Below are positions 1-15,144 of a DNA stretch of 64,000 bases, one piece after another. The stretch spans positions 32,798,001 to 32,862,000 of the forward strand of contig OZ024745.1 of the NCBI GenBank assembly GCA_964016885.1. Direction: 5' to 3'. The stretch comes from Eledone cirrhosa. Lineage: Eukaryota. Both the position numbers and the translations under genes were made by a program. Under the pieces are notes generated by a model, which did no database searches, was not told the origin of the DNA, and saw only the letters and a program-made list of their open reading frames with translations. The first letter of the stretch is position 1, and each line of letters opens with the position of its first letter.

Positions 1-3000
1 GAAGAACAAAGACAGTCACAGTACTAAATACCATCAGAAGAACAAAGGTAGCCACAGTACTAAATACCATCAGAAGAACAAAGATAGCCACAGTACTAAA
101 TACCATCAGAAGAACAAAGACAGTCACAGTACTAAATACCATCAGAAGAACAAAGATAGCCACAGTACTAAATACCATCATAAGAACAAAGATAGCCACA
201 GTACTAAATACCATCAGAAGAACAAAGATAGCTACAGTACTAAATACCATCAGAAAGAACAAAGATAGCCACAGTACTAAATACCATCAGAAGAACAAAG
301 ATAGCCACAGTACTAAATACCATCAGAAGAACAAAGATAGCCACAGTACTAAATACCATCAGAAGAACAAAGATAGCCACAGTCCTAAATACTATCAGGA
401 GAACAAAGATAGCCACAGTACTAAATACCATCAGAGGAACAAAGATAGCCACAGTACTAAATACCATCCGAAGAACAAAGATAGCCACAGTACTAAATAC
501 TATCAGGAGAACAAAGATAGCCACAGTACTAAATACCATCAGAAGAACAAAGATAGCCACAGTACTAAATACCATCAGGGGAACAAAGATAGCCACAGTA
601 CTAAATACCATCAGAAGAACAAAGATAGCCACAGTACTAAATACCATCAGAAGAACAAAGATAGCCACAGTACTAAATACCATCAGAAGAACAAAGATAG
701 CCACAGTACTAAATACTATCAGGAGAACAAAGATAGCCACAGTACTAAATACCATCAGAAGAACAAAGATAGCCACAGTACTAAATACCATTAGAAGAAC
801 AAAGATAGCCACAGTACTAAATAGCATCAGAAGAACAAAGATAGCCACAGTACTAAATACCATCAGAGGAACAAAGATAGCCACAGTACTAAATACCATC
901 AGAATAACAAAGATAGCCACAGTACTAAATACCATCAGGGGAACAAAGATAGCCACAGTACTAAATACCATCAGAGGAACAAAGATAGCCACAGTACTAA
1001 ATACCATCAGAATAACAAAGATAGCCACAGTACTAAATACCATCAGAAGAACAAAGATAGCCACAGTACTAAATACTATCAGGAGAACAAAGATAGCCAC
1101 AGTACTAAATACCATCAGAAGAACAAAGATAGCCACAGTACTAAATACCATCAGAAGAACAAAGATAGCCACAGTACTAAATACCATCAGAAGAACAAAG
1201 ATAGCCACAGTACTAAATACCATCAGAAAGAACAAAGATAGCCACAGTACTAAATACCATCAGAAGAACAAAGATAGCCACAGTACTAAATACCATCAGA
1301 AGAACTAAGATAGCCACAGTACTAAATACTATCAGGAGAACAAAGATAGCCACAGTACTAAATACCATCAGAAGAACAAAGATAGTCACAGTACTAGATA
1401 CCATCAGAAGAACAAAGATAGCCAGAGTACTAAATACCATCAGAAGAACAAAGATAGCCACAGTACTAAATACCATCAGAAGAACAAAGATAGCCATTGT
1501 ACTAAATACCATCAGAGGAACAAAGATAGCCACAGTACTAAATACCATCAGAAGAACAAAGATAGCCACAGTACTAAATACCATCAGGGGAACAAAGATA
1601 GCCACAGTACTAAATACCATCAGAAGAACAAAGACAGTCACAGTACTAAATACCATCAGAGGAACAAAGGTAGCCACAGTACTAAATACCATCAGAAGAA
1701 CAAAGACAGTCACAGTACTAAATACCATCAGAAGAACAAAGGTAGCCACAGTACTAAATACCATCAGAAGAACAAAGATAGCCACAGTACTAAATACCAT
1801 CAGAGGTACAAAGACAGTCACAGTACTATATACCATCAGAGGAACAAAGATAGCCACAGTACTAAATACCATCAGAAGAACAAAGATAGCCACAGTACTA
1901 AATACCATCAGAGGTGCAAAGACAGTCACAGTACTATATACCATCAGAGGAACAAAGATAGCCACAGTACTAAATACATCAGAAGAACAAAGATAGCCAC
2001 AGTACTAAATACCATCAGAAGAACAAAGACAGTCACAGTACTATATACCATCAGAGGAACAAAGATAGCCACAGTACTAAATACCATCAGAAGAACAAAG
2101 ATAGCCACAGTACTAAATACCATCAGAAGAACAAAGATAGCCACAGTACTAAATAGCATCAGAGGAACAAAGATAGCCACAGTACTAAATACCATCCGAA
2201 GAACAAAGATAGCCACAGTACTAAATACTATCAGGAGAACAAAGATAGCCACAGTACTAAATACCATCAGAAGAACAAAGATAGCCACAGTACTAAATAC
2301 CATCAGAAGAACAAAGATAGCCACAGTACTAAATACCATCAGAAGAACAAAGATAGCCACAGTACTAAATACCATCAGAAGAACAAAGATAGCCACAGTA
2401 CTAAATACCATCAGAAGAACAAAGATAGCCACAGTACTAAATACCATCAGAGGAACAAAGATAGCCACAGTACTAAATACCATCACAGGAACAAAGATAG
2501 CCACAGTACTAAATACCATCAGAAGAACAAAGATAGCCACAGTACTAAATACCATCAGAAGAACAAAGATAGCCACAGTACTAAATACCATCAGAAGAAC
2601 AAAGACAGTCACAGTACTAAATACCATCAGAGGAACAAAGACAGCCACAGTACTAAATACCATCAGAAGAACAAAGATAGCCACAGTGCTAAATACCATC
2701 AGAAGAACAAAGATAGCCACAGTACTAAATACCATCAGAAGAACAAAGACAGTCACAGTACTAAATACCATCAGAAGAACAAAGATAGCCACAGTACTAA
2801 ATACCATCAGAAGAACAAAGATAGCCACAGTACTAAATACCATCAGAAGAACAAAGATAGCCACAGTACTAAATACCATCAGAAGAACAAAGACAGTCAC
2901 AGTACTAAATACCATCAGAAGAACAAAGATAGCCACAGTACTAAATACCATCAGAAGAACAAAGATAGCCACAGTACTAAATACCATCAGAAGAACAAAG

Positions 3001-6000
3001 ACAGTCACAGTACTAAATACCATCAGAAGAACAAAGATAGCCACAGTACTAAATACCATCAGAAGAACAAAGATAGCCACAGTACTAAATACCATCAGAA
3101 GAACAAAGATAGCCACAGTACTAAATACCATCAGAAGAACAAAGACAGTCACAGTACTAAATACCATCAGAAGAACAAAGATAGCCACAGTACTAAATAC
3201 CATCAGAAGAACAAAGATAGCCACAGTACTAAATACCATCAGAAGAACAAAGATAGCCACAGTACTAAATACCATCAGAGGAACAAAGATAGCCACAGTA
3301 CTAAATACCATCAGAAGAACAAAGATAGCCACAGTACTAAATACCATCAGAAGAACAAAGATAGCCACAGTACTAAATACCATCAGAAGAACAAAGACAG
3401 TCACAGTACTAAATACCATCAGAAGAACAAAGATAGCCACAGTACTAAATACCATCAGAAGAACAAAGATAGCCACAGTACTAAATACCATCAGAAGAAC
3501 AAAGATAGCCACAGTACTAAATACCATCAGAGGAACAAAGATAGCCACAGTACTAAATACCATCAGAAGAACAAAGATAGCCACAGTACTAAATACCATC
3601 AGAAGAACAAAGACAGTCACAGTACTAAATACCATCAGAGGAACAAAGGTAGCCACAGTACTAAATACCATCAGAAGAACAAAGACAGTCACAGTACTAA
3701 ATACCATCAGAAGAACAAAGGTAGCCACAGTACTAAATACCATCAGAAGAACAAAGATAGCCACAGTACTAAATACCATCAGAAGAACAAAGACAGTCAC
3801 AGTACTAAATACCATCAGAAGAACAAAGATAGCCACAGTACTAAATACCATCAGAAGAACAAAGACAGTCACAGTACTAAATACCATCAGAAGAACAAAG
3901 ATAGCCACAGTACTAAATACCATCAGAAGAACAAAGATAGCCACAGTACTAAATACCATCAGAAAGAACAAAGATAGCCACAGTACTAAATACCATCAGA
4001 AGAATAAAGATAGCCACAGTACTAAATACCATCAGAAGAACAAAGATAGCCACAGTCCTAAATACTATCAGGAGAACAAAGATAGCCACAGTACTAAATA
4101 CTATCAGAGGAACAAAGATAGCCACAGTACTAAATACCATCCGAAGAACAAAGATAGCCACAGTACTAAATACTATCAGGAGAACAAAGATAGCCACAGT
4201 ACTAAATACCATCAGAAGAACAAAGATAGCCACAGTACTAAATACCATCAGAAGAACAAAGATAGCCACAGTACTAAATACCATCAGAAGAACAAAGATA
4301 GCCACTGTACTAAATACCATCAGAGGAACAAACATAGCCACAGTACTAAATACCATCAGAGGAACAAAGATAGCCACAGTACTAAATCCATCACAAGAAC
4401 AAAGATAGCCACTGTACTAAATACCATCAGAGGAACAAAGATAGCCACAGTACTAAATACCATCAGAAGAACAAAGATAGCCACAGTACTAAATACCATC
4501 AGAAGAACAAAGATAGCCACAGTACTAAATACCATCAGAAGAACAAAGATAGCCACAGTACTAAATACCATCAGAAGAACAAAGATAGCCACAGTACTAA
4601 ATACCATCAGAAGAACAAAGATAGCCACAGTACTAAATACCATCAGAAGAACAAAGATAGCCACAGTACTAAATACCATCAGAAGATCAAAGATAGCCAC
4701 AGTACTAAATACCATCAGAAGAACAAAGATAGCCACAGTACTAAATACCATCAGAAGAACAAAGATAGCCATTGTACTAAATACCATTAGAGGAACAAAG
4801 ATAGCCACAGTACTAAATACCATCAGAAGAACAAAGATAGCCATAGTACTAAATACCATCAGAAGAACAAAGATAGCCACTGTACTAAATACTATCAGAG
4901 GAACAAAGATAGCCACAGTACTAAATACCATCAGAAGAACAAAGATAGCCACAGTACTAAATACCATCAGAAGAACAAAGATAGCCACAGTACTAAATAC
5001 CATCAGAAGAACAAAGATAGCCACAGTACTAAATACCATCAGGGGAACAAAGATAGCCACAGTACTAAATACCATCAGAAGAACAAAGATAGCCACAGTA
5101 CTAAATACCATCAGAAGAACAAAGATAGCCACAGTACTAAATACCATCAGAATAACAAAGATAGCCACAGTACTAAATACCATCAGGGGAACAAAGATAG
5201 CCACAGTACTAAATACCATCAGAAGAACAAAGATAGCCACAGTACTAAATACCATCAGGGGTACAAAGATAGCCACAGTACTAAATACCATCAGAAGAAC
5301 AAAGATAGCCACAGTACTAAATACCATCAGAAGAACAAAGACAGTCACAGTACTAAATACCATCAGAGGAACAAAGGTAGCCACAGTACTAAATACCATC
5401 AGAAGAACAAAGACAGTCACAGTACTAAATACCATCAGAAGAACAAAGGTAGCCACAGTACTAAATACCATCAGAAGAACAAAGATAGCCACAGTACTAA
5501 ATACCATCAGAAGAACAAAGACAGTCACAGTACTAAATACCATCAGAAGAACAAAGATAGCCACAGTACTAAATACCATCATAAGAACAAAGATAGCCAC
5601 AGTACTAAATACCATCAGAAGAACAAAGATAGCCACAGTACTAAATACCATCAGAAAGAACAAAGATAGCCACAGTACTAAATACCATCAGAAGAACAAA
5701 GATAGCCACAGTACTAAATACCATCAGAAGAACAAAGATAGCCACAGTACTAAATACCATCAGAAGAACAAAGATAGCCACAGTCCTAAATACTATCAGG
5801 AGAACAAAGATAGCCACAGTACTAAATACCATCAGAGGAACAAAGATAGCCACAGTACTAAATACCATCCGAAGAACAAAGATAGCCACAGTACTAAATA
5901 CTATCAGGAGAACAAAGATAGCCACAGTACTAAATACCATCAGAAGAACAAAGATAGCCACAGTACTAAATACCATCAGGGGAACAAAGATAGCCACAGT

Positions 6001-9000
6001 ACTAAATACCATCAGAAGAACAAAGATAGCCACAGTACTAAATACCATCAGAAGAACAAAGATAGCCACAGTACTAAATACCATCAGAAGAACAAAGATA
6101 GCCACAGTACTAAATACTATCAGGAGAACAAAGATAGCCACAGTACTAAATACCATCAGAAGAACAAAGATAGCCACAGTACTAAATACCATTAGAAGAA
6201 CAAAGATAGCCACAGTACTAAATAGCATCAGAAGAACAAAGATAGCCACAGTACTAAATACCATCAGAGGAACAAAGATAGCCACAGTACTAAATACCAT
6301 CAGAATAACAAAGATAGCCACAGTACTAAATACCATCAGGGGAACAAAGATAGCCACAGTACTAAATACTATCAGGAGAACAAAGATAGCCACAGTACTA
6401 AATACCATCAGAAGAACAAAGATAGCCACAGTACTAAATACCATTAGAAGAACAAAGATAGCCACAGTACTAAATAGCATCAGAAGAACAAAGATAGCCA
6501 CAGTACTAAATACCATCAGAGGAACAAAGATAGCCACAGTACTAAATACCATCAGAATAACAAAGATAGCCACAGTACTAAATACCATCAGGGGAACAAA
6601 GATAGCCACAGTACTAAATACCATCAGAGGAACAAAGATAGCCACAGTACTAAATACCATCAGAGGAACAAAGATAGCCACAGTACTAAATACCATCAGA
6701 AGAACAAAGATAGCCACTGTGCTAAATACCATCAGAGGAACAAAGATAGCCACAGTACTAAATACCATCAGAAGAACAAAGATAGCCACAGTACTAAATA
6801 CCATCAGAAGAACAAAGATAGCCACAGTACTAAATACCATCAGAAGAACAAAGATAGCCACAGTACTAAATTCCATCAGAAGAACAAAGATAGCCACAGT
6901 ACTAAATACCATCAGAAGAACAAAGATAGCCACAGTACTAAATACCATCAGAAGAACAAAGATAGCCATTGTACTAAATACCATCAGAGTAACAAAGATA
7001 GCCACAGTACTAAATACCATCAGAAGAACAAAGATAGCCACAGTACTAAATACCATCAGAAGAACAAAGATAGCCACTGTACTAAATACCATCAGAGGAA
7101 CAAAGATAGCCACAGTACTAAATACCATCAGAAGAACAAAGATAGCCACAGTACTAAATACCATCAGAAGAACAAAGATAGCCACAGTACTAAATACCAT
7201 CAGAAGAACAAAGATAGCCACAGTACTAAATACCATCAGAAGAACAAAGATAGCCACAGTACTAAATACCATCAGGGGAACAAAGATAGCCACAGTACTA
7301 AATACCATCAGAACAAAAAAGATAGCCACAGTACTAAATACCATGAGAAGAACAAAGATAGCCACAGTACTAAATACCATCAGGGGAACAAAAATAACCA
7401 CAGTACTAAATACCATCAGAGGAACAAAGATAACCACAGTACTAAATACCATCAGGGGAACAAAGATAACCACAGTACTAAATACCATCAGAGGAACAAA
7501 GATAGCCACAGTACTAAATACCATCAGGGGAACAAAGATAACCACAGTACTAAATACCATCAGGGGAACAAAGATAGCCACAGTACTAAATACCATCAGA
7601 AGAACAAAGATAGCCACAGTACTAAATACCATCAGGGGTACAAAGATAGCCACAGTACTAAATACCATCAGAAGAACAAAGATAGCCACAGTACTAAATA
7701 CCATCAGAAGAACAAAGACAGTCACAGTACTAAATACCATCAGGGGTACAAAGATAGCCACAGTACTAAATACCATCAGAAGAACAAAGATAGCCACAGT
7801 ACTAAATACCATCAGAAGAACAAAGATAGCCACAGTCCTAAATACTATCAGGAGAACAAAGATAGCCACAGTACTAAATACCATCAGAGGAACAAAGATA
7901 GCCACAGTACTAAATACCATCCGAAGAACAAAGATAGCCACAGTACTAAATACTATCAGGAGAACAAAGATAGCCACAGTACTAAATACCATCAGAAGAA
8001 CAAAGACAGTCACAGTACTAAATACCATCAGAGGAACAAAGGTAGCCACAGTACTAAATACCATCAGAAGAACAAAGATAGCCACAGTACTAAATACCAT
8101 CAGGGGTACAAAGATAGCCACAGTACTAAATACCATCAGAAGAACAAAGATAGCCACAGTACTAAATACCATCAGAAGAACAAAGACAGTCACAGTACTA
8201 AATACCATCAGAAGAACAAAGATAGCCACAGTACTAAATACCATCAGAAGAACAAAGACAGTCACAGTACTAAATACCATCAGAAGAACAAAAATAGCCA
8301 CAGTACTAAATACCATCAGAAGAACAAAGATAGCCACAGTACTAAATACCATCAGAAAGAACAAAGATAGCCACAGTACTAAATACCATCAGAAGAACAA
8401 AGATAGCCACAGTACTAAATACCATCAGAAGAACAAAGATAGCCACAGTACTAAATACCATCAGAAGAACAAAGATAGCCACAGTCCTAAATACTATCAG
8501 GAGAACAAAGATAGCCACAGTACTAAATACCATCAGAGGAACAAAGATAGCCACAGTACTAAATACCATCCGAAGAACAAAGATAGCCACAGTACTAAAT
8601 ACTATCAGGAGAACAAAGATAGCCACAGTACTAAATACCATCAGAAGAACAAAGATAGCCACAGTACTAAATACCATCAGAAGAACAAAGATAGCCACAG
8701 TACTAAATACCATCACAAGAACAAAGATAGCCACTGTACTAAATACCATCAGAGGAACAAAGATAGCCACAGTACTAAATACCATCAGAAGAACAAAGAT
8801 AGCCACAGTACTAAATACCATCAGAAGAACAAAGATAGCCACAGTACTAAATACCATCAGAAGAACAAAGATAGCCACAGTACTAAATACCATCAGAAGA
8901 ACAAAGATAGCCACAGTACTAAATACCATCAGAAGAACAAAGATAGCCACAGTACTAAATACCATCAGAAGAACAAAGATAGCCACAGTACTAAATACCA

Positions 9001-12000
9001 TCAGAAGAACAAAGATAGCCATTGTACTAAATACCATCAGAGGAACAAAGATAGCCACAGTACTAAATACCATCAGAAGAACAAAGATAGCCACAGTACT
9101 AAATACCATCAGAAGAACAAAGATAGCCACTGTACTAAATACTATCAGAGGAACAAAGATAGCCACAGTACTAAATACCATCAGAAGAACAAAGATAGCC
9201 ACAGTACTAAATACCATCAGAAGAACAAAGATAGCCACAGTACTAAATACCATCAGAAGAACAAAGATAGCCACAGTACTAAATACCATCAGGGGAACAA
9301 AGATAGCCACAGTACTAAATACCATCAGAACAACAAAGATAGCCACAGTACTAAATACCATCAGAAGAACAAAGATAGCCACAGTACTAAATACCATCAG
9401 AACAACAAAGATAGCCACAGTACTAAATACCATCAGGGGAACAAAGATAGCCACAGTACTAAATACCATCAGAAGAACAAAGATAGCCACAGTACTAAAT
9501 ACCATCAGGGGTACAAAGATAGCCACAGTACTAAATACCATCAGAAGAACAAAGATAGCCACAGTACTAAATACCATCAGAAGAACAAAGACAGTCACAG
9601 TACTAAATACCATCAGAGGAACAAAGGTAGCCACAGTACTCAATACCATCAGAAGAACAAAGACAGTCACAGTACTAAATACCATCAGAAGAACAAAGGT
9701 AGCCACAGTACTAAATACCATCAGAAGAACAAAGATAGCCACAGTACTAAATACCATCAGAAGAACAAAGACAGTCACAGTACTAAATACCATCAGAAGA
9801 ACAAAGATAGCCACAGTACTAAATACCATCATAAGAACAAAGATAGCCACAGTACTAAATACCATCAGAAGAACAAAGATAGCTACAGTACTAAATACCA
9901 TCAGAAAGAACAAAGATAGCCACAGTACTAAATACCATCAGAAGAACAAAGATAGCCACAGTACTAAATACCATCAGAAGAACAAAGATAGCCACAGTAC
10001 TAAATACCATCAGAAGAACAAAGATAGCCACAGTCCTAAATACTATCAGGAGAACAAAGATAGCCACAGTACTAAATACCATCAGAGGAACAAAGATAGC
10101 CACAGTACTAAATACCATCCGAAGAACAAAGATAGCCACAGTACTAAATACTATCAGGAGAACAAAGATAGCCACAGTACTAAATACCATCAGAAGAACA
10201 AAGATAGCCACAGTACTAAATACCATCAGGGGAACAAAGATAGCCACAGTACTAAATACCATCAGAAGAACAAAGATAGCCACTGTACTAAATACCATCA
10301 GAGGAACAAAGATAGCCACAGTACTAAATACCATCAGAGGAACAAAGATAGCCACAGTACTAAATACCATCACAAGAACAAAGATAGCCACTGTACTAAA
10401 TACCATCAGAGGAACAAAGATAGCCACAGTACTAAATACCATCAGAAGAACAAAGATAGCCACAGTACTAAATACCATCAGAAGAACAAAGATAGCCACA
10501 GTACTAAATACCATCAGAAGAACAAAGATAGCCACAGTACTAAATACCATCAGAAGAACAAAGATAGCCACAGTACTAAATACCATCAGAAGAACAAAGA
10601 TAGCCACAGTACTAAATACCATCAGAAGAACAAAGATAGCCATTGTACTAAATACCATCAGAGGAACAAAGATAGCCACAGTACTAAATACCATCAGAAG
10701 AAGAAAGATAGCCACAGTACTAAATACCATCAGAAGAACAAAGATAGCCACTGTACTAAATACTATCAGAGGAACAAAGATAGCCACAGTACTAAATACC
10801 ATCAGAAGAACAACGATAGCCACAGTACTAAATACCATCAGAAGAACAAAGATAGCCACAGTACTAAATACCATCAGAAGAACAAAGATAGCCACAGTAC
10901 TAAATACCATCAGGGGAACAAAGATAGCCACAGTACTAAATACCATCAGAACAACAAAGATAGCCACAGTACTAAATACCATCAGAAGAACAAAGATAGC
11001 CACAGTACTAAATACCATCAGAACAACAAAGATAGCCACAGTACTAAATACCATCAGGGGAACAAAGATAGCCACAGTACTAAATACCATCAGAAGAACA
11101 AAGATAGCCACAGTACTAAATACCATCAGGGGTACAAAGATAGCCACAGTACTAAATACCATCAGAAGAACAAAGATAGCCACAGTACTAAATACCATCA
11201 GAAGAACAAAGACAGTCACAGTACTAAATACCATCAGAGGAACAAAGGTAGCCACAGTACTCAATACCATCAGAAGAACAAAGACAGTCACAGTACTAAA
11301 TACCATCAGAAGAACAAAGGTAGCCACAGTACTAAATACCATCAGAAGAACAAAGATAGCCACAGTACTAAATACCATCAGAAGAACAAAGACAGTCACA
11401 GTACTAAATACCATCAGAAGAACAAAGATAGCCACAGTACTAAATACCATCATAAGAACAAAGATAGCCACAGTACTAAATACCATCAGAAGAACAAAGA
11501 TAGCTACAGTACTAAATACCATCAGAAAGAACAAAGATAGCCACAGTACTAAATACCATCAGAAGAACAAAGATAGCCACAGTACTAAATACCATCAGAA
11601 GAACAAAGATAGCCACAGTACTAAATACCATCAGAAGAACAAAGATAGCCACAGTCCTAAATACTATCAGGAGAACAAAGATAGCCACAGTACTAAATAC
11701 CATCAGAGGAACAAAGATAGCCACAGTACTAAATACCATCCGAAGAACAAAGATAGCCACAGTACTAAATACTATCAGGAGAACAAAGATAGCCACAGTA
11801 CTAAATACCATCAGAAGAACAAAGATAGCCACAGTACTAAATACCATCAGGGGAACAAAGATAGCCACAGTACTAAATACCATCAGAAGAACAAAGATAG
11901 CCACAGTACTAAATACCATCAGAAGAACAAAGATAGCCACAGTACTAAATACCATCAGAAGAACAAAGATAGCCACAGTACTAAATACTATCAGGAGAAC

Positions 12001-14599
12001 AAAGATAGCCACAGTACTAAATACCATCAGAAGAACAAAGATAGCCACAGTACTAAATACCATTAGAAGAACAAAGATAGCCACAGTACTAAATAGCATC
12101 AGAAGAACAAAGATAGCCACAGTACTAAATACCATCAGAGGAACAAAGATAGCCACAGTACTAAATACCATCAGAATAACAAAGATAGCCACAGTACTAA
12201 ATACCATCAGGGGAACAAAGATAGCCACAGTACTAAATACCATCAGAGGAACAAAGATAGCCACAGTACTAAATACCATCAGAATAACAAAGATAGCCAC
12301 AGTACTAAATACCATCAGAAGAACAAAGATAGCCACAGTACTAAATACTATCAGGAGAACAAAGATAGCCACAGTACTAAATACCATCAGAAGAACAAAG
12401 ATAGCCACAGTACTAAATACCATCAGAAGAACAAAGATAGCCACAGTACTAAATACCATCAGAAGAACAAAGATAGCCACAGTACTAAATACCATCAGAA
12501 AGAACAAAGATAGCCACAGTACTAAATACCATCAGAAGAACAAAGATAGCCACAGTACTAAATACCATCAGAGGTACAAAGACAGTCACAGTACTATATA
12601 CCATCAGAGGAACAAAGATAGCCACAGTACTAAATACCATCAGAAGAACAAAGACAGTCACAGTACTAAATACCATCAGAGGAACAAAGGTAGCCACAGT
12701 ACTAAATACCATCAGAAGAACAAAGACAGTCACAGTACTAAATACCATCAGAAGAACAAAGGTAGCCACAGTACTAAATACCATCAGAAGAACAAAGATA
12801 GCCACAGTACTAAATACCATCAGAGGTACAAAGACAGTCACAGTACTATATACCATCAGAGGAACAAAGATAGCCACAGTACTAAATACCATCAGAAGAA
12901 CAAAGATAGCCACAGTACTAAATACCATCAGAGGTGCAAAGACAGTCACAGTACTATATACCATCAGAGGAACAAAGATAGCCACAGTACTAAATACATC
13001 AGAAGAACAAAGATAGCCACAGTACTAAATACCATCAGAAGAACAAAGACAGTCACAGTACTATATACCATCAGAGGAACAAAGATAGCCACAGTACTAA
13101 ATACCATCAGAAGAACAAAGATAGCCACAGTACTAAATACCATCAGAAGAACAAAGATAGCCACAGTACTAAATAGCATCAGAGGAACAAAGATAGCCAC
13201 AGTACTAAATACCATCCGAAGAACAAAGATAGCCACAGTACTAAATACTATCAGGAGAACAAAGATAGCCACAGTACTAAATACCATCAGAAGAACAAAG
13301 ATAGCCACAGTACTAAATACCATCAGAAGAACAAAGATAGCCACAGTACTAAATACCATCAGAAGAACAAAGATAGCCACAGTACTAAATACCATCAGAA
13401 GAACAAAGATAGCCACAGTACTAAATACCATCAGAAGAACAAAGATAGCCACAGTACTAAATACCATCAGAGGAACAAAGATAGCCACAGTACTAAATAC
13501 CATCACAGGAACAAAGATAGCCACAGTACTAAATACCATCAGAAGAACAAAGATAGCCACAGTACTAAATACCATCAGAAGAACAAAGATAGCTACAGTA
13601 CTAAATACCATCAGAAGAACAAAGACAGTCACAGTACTAAATACCATCAGAGGAACAAAGACAGCCACAGTACTAAATACCATCAGAAGAACAAAGATAG
13701 CCACAGTGCTAAATACCATCAGAAGAACAAAGATAGCCACAGTACTAAATACCATCAGAAGAACAAAGACAGTCACAGTACTAAATACCATCAGAAGAAC
13801 AAAGATAGCCACAGTACTAAATACCATCAGAAGAACAAAGATAGCCACAGTACTAAATACCATCAGAAGAACAAAGATAGCCACAGTACTAAATACCATC
13901 AGAAGAACAAAGACAGTCACAGTACTAAATACCATCAGAAGAACAAAGATAGCCACAGTACTAAATACCATCAGAAGAACAAAGATAGCCACAGTACTAA
14001 ATACCATCAGAAGAACAAAGACAGTCACAGTACTAAATACCATCAGAAGAACAAAGATAGCCACAGTACTAAATACCATCAGAAGAACAAAGATAGCCAC
14101 AGTACTAAATACCATCAGAAGAACAAAGATAGCCACAGTACTAAATACCATCAGAAGAACAAAGACAGTCACAGTACTAAATACCATCAGAAGAACAAAG
14201 ATAGCCACAGTACTAAATACCATCAGAAGAACAAAGATAGCCACAGTACTAAATACCATCAGAAGAACAAAGATAGCCACAGTACTAAATACCATCAGAG
14301 GAACAAAGATAGCCACAGTACTAAATACCATCAGAAGAACAAAGACAGTCACAGTACTAAATACCATCAGAAGAACAAAGATAGCCACAGTACTAAATAC
14401 CATCAGAAGAACAAAGATAGCCACAGTACTAAATACCATCAGAAGAACAAAGATAGCCACAGTACTAAATACCATCAGAAGAACAAAGATAGCCACAGGA
14501 CTAAATACCATCAGAGGAACAAAGATAGCCACAGTACTAAATACCATCAGAAGAACAAAGATAGCCACTGTACTAAATACCATCAGAAGAACAAAGATA
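1..14599. repeat. 36-bp tandem satellite/minisatellite array (about 405 units in the window, continues past the left edge)
   Basis: Consensus AGAAGAACAAAGATAGCCACAGTACTAAATACCATC repeated continuously, with recurring variants (GACAGTCAC, CAGGAG, CAGAGG, 37-bp CAGAAAG, 35-bp units). Ends abruptly at ...AAAGATAAGGTAG. Confidence 0.99.
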
Positions 14600-14679
14600 A
14601 GGTAGACATAAAGAGGTCTTCAATAATCAATTATTGAAAAAATAAGATAAGATTTTAATAGAATAGACCATAGTGAGCA

Positions 14680-14990
14680 TACAGTATAATGTATAATAGG
14701 CCATGGTGACAATTCAGTAGACTATAGTGAACATATGGTAAACCTTGGTGAGCATAACATAGACATTAATTAATATACAGTAGACCATAAGTGACCATAT
14801 AGTAAACCATAATGAACATACAATATATACAGATAAACATACAATAGACCATAGTGAACATACAAACAATAAACCTTAGTGAACATACAATAGACATAGA
14901 TGAACATACAACAGACTTTAGTGAACATACAATAGGCTGTAGTGAACACATAGTAGACCTTAGTGAACATACAATAGACCTTAGTGAAAA
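14680..14990. repeat. degenerate ~21-22-bp minisatellite
   Basis: Repeated CATACAATAGACCTTAGTGAA-like units adjacent to the large array. Confidence 0.8.
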
Positions 14991-15054
14991 TATGTTTAAA
15001 AAAACTGAGAACCAGGCAGCATGGTGGTGTCTACTCTCTGTCTTATGTACTTAC

Positions 15055-15144
15055 CTTTTGTGGCCGAATCAGAAACTCATCATTAAAGCGAGAATATTTC
15101 AGGATAGCATGTGTATCAGAATCAATACAGACTGGTTCATTTGT
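15055..15144 (-). CDS. AS3MT: arsenite methyltransferase, coding exon 8 (TNEPVCIDSDTHAILKYSRFNDEFLIRPQK)
   Basis: ttttcag acceptor and gtaagt donor; 90 nt, phase 0/0; resembles the AS3MT C-terminal AILKxSRFxxxFLIRP motif. Confidence 0.88.

Noticed and set aside
1-14599. CRISPR-like 36-bp repeats
   Set aside because: Units are directly adjacent with no unique spacers, no cas genes are present, and the context is eukaryotic.
240-14605. Giant ORFs on both strands (MVFSTVAIFVLL, LNTIRRTKIATV and KYHQKNKDSHST repeats)
   Set aside because: They arise from a 36-bp unit that is stop-free in several frames. Frames are broken by 35/37-bp units, and there is no unique domain or evident codon-level constraint.
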